Part shown: piece by piece, positions 62,911-64,000 of the stretch | How positions within the stretch are numbered: the first letter of the stretch is position 1 | Layout of the letters: each line of letters starts with the position of its first letter | From: Lingula anatina | Lineage: Eukaryota > Animalia > Brachiopoda | Assembly: GCA_051362555.1 (NCBI GenBank) | Contig: CM120647.1 | Location: 9,858,001 to 9,922,000 of the forward strand | Reading direction: 5' to 3' | DNA: 64,000 bases | Made by a program: the position numbers and the translations under genes | The notes under the pieces: model-generated | The model's database searches: none | The model's input: the letters and a program-made list of their open reading frames with translations, nothing else | What the model was told of the DNA's origin: nothing

Positions 62911-64000
62911 CATTCCTACTTGGCATTATCTGCTGCTGGCTCTCACATAATGTAAATCTGAGTTTTAAACCTGTTAAAAAACCCTTGGAATAACCTAGCT
63001 AGTAGTGTTACTAGTGTAATTACTTTCCACTTGTTCAGACCCTGATTGGATCTGTTATTTAGACCTTAAAAAAAATAAAATTCAAAGTCCTGTAATTGAA
63101 AGTTGCCCCATGAGTCATAGACAGGTACGTGTATATGCAGCACCCAAGGCAGCTCCGTGTAGTACCTTAATTTCATATGATGGCGTTGATAAGCTTTTAT
63201 TAGCAATCCAAAACCGAATCCCAAAAACATTAATAAATCGGGTTCTCGTGAGAGGATTGGCCTCCTGCAACGTGATATAGCTTATCAAGAATTTCTAGTG
63301 AACCAGAAAAGAGACAGTCTCACAATAGAAGTGAAAACTAAACGTTGGTCTATATTATAAGACATAGTTTTTTTTAGTCGTCTATTGCTTAAAATAAAAC
63401 AGGAGTGGCCCCTAATTTAGGGTAATGAACAAGGTTTTATTTTCAAAGGGATATTTAAGGTACAGAATAAACTTATTATGGTTGACAACTGCAGCACCTT
63501 TATCCTGTCAGCCCCTGCTTTTTAAAGCCAGTAGAGTGAGAGAAAGGTGATGTGAGGTTCGTGGTTGTAGTTTACTCGAATAAAGTATGTTTAAATTGGT
63601 ATGCCAGGTCTTTAATAAGGTCTTAATACAAATTGATTGGCTACAAATTATATTCAGAATCAGTAAGACTATCCAGGCCAATTATATTTATCTGTTGCAG
63701 CTTAGCATGAAACCTTCTTCAATGGATCTTGTCATATATGATTGTTAATGATTGTCCTTTCAAACCAACACTTGTTTTTATGGACAGACACTGTGTCCGA
63801 TTTGATTTCATAATTTCGTTATTGAATCACTGGATTTGGATTAAAATCAGCAGGCTTAATTAGGAGGGAAAAAGGTGTATACATGAACTGTGTATCAAAA
63901 ACGTGCTATTATATAAATTATTACACGTGTCAAACAGTTGTCCTACATTTATAATTATAGCACCTTTTTTTATGCACAGTTCGCATAAACACCTGTTTTT

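Overview
AT-rich, intron-rich animal genomic DNA, most likely a marine invertebrate (a mollusc or other lophotrochozoan; taxon is inferred). I assembled three spliced genes by hand with phase-consistent GT-AG junctions: FAM8A1 (minus, 5 exons, 4116->1617, ~321 aa), acid sphingomyelinase SMPD1 (plus, 12 coding exons, 5312-10958, ~645 aa, head-to-head with FAM8A1) and the 5' part of a KIF13-type kinesin-3 (plus, 8 exons from 19862, with a 27.4-kb intron 2 and an obligatory 19-nt microexon; it continues past the window). Non-coding DNA holds Helentron-associated (HINE/DINE-like) elements, several fold-back MITE families, minisatellites and microsatellites. Best leads: a candidate antisense nested 69-aa single-pass Cys-rich microprotein in KIF13 intron 8; FAM8A1-KIF13 linkage like that at human 6p22; partial exon duplications carrying splice sites in both FAM8A1 and SMPD1; M-box/UPRE motifs in the bidirectional promoter; and RFX X-boxes in KIF13 intron 2. 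I saw no prokaryotic systems, CRISPR arrays, tRNA or rRNA. All calls are by eye, without database searches.
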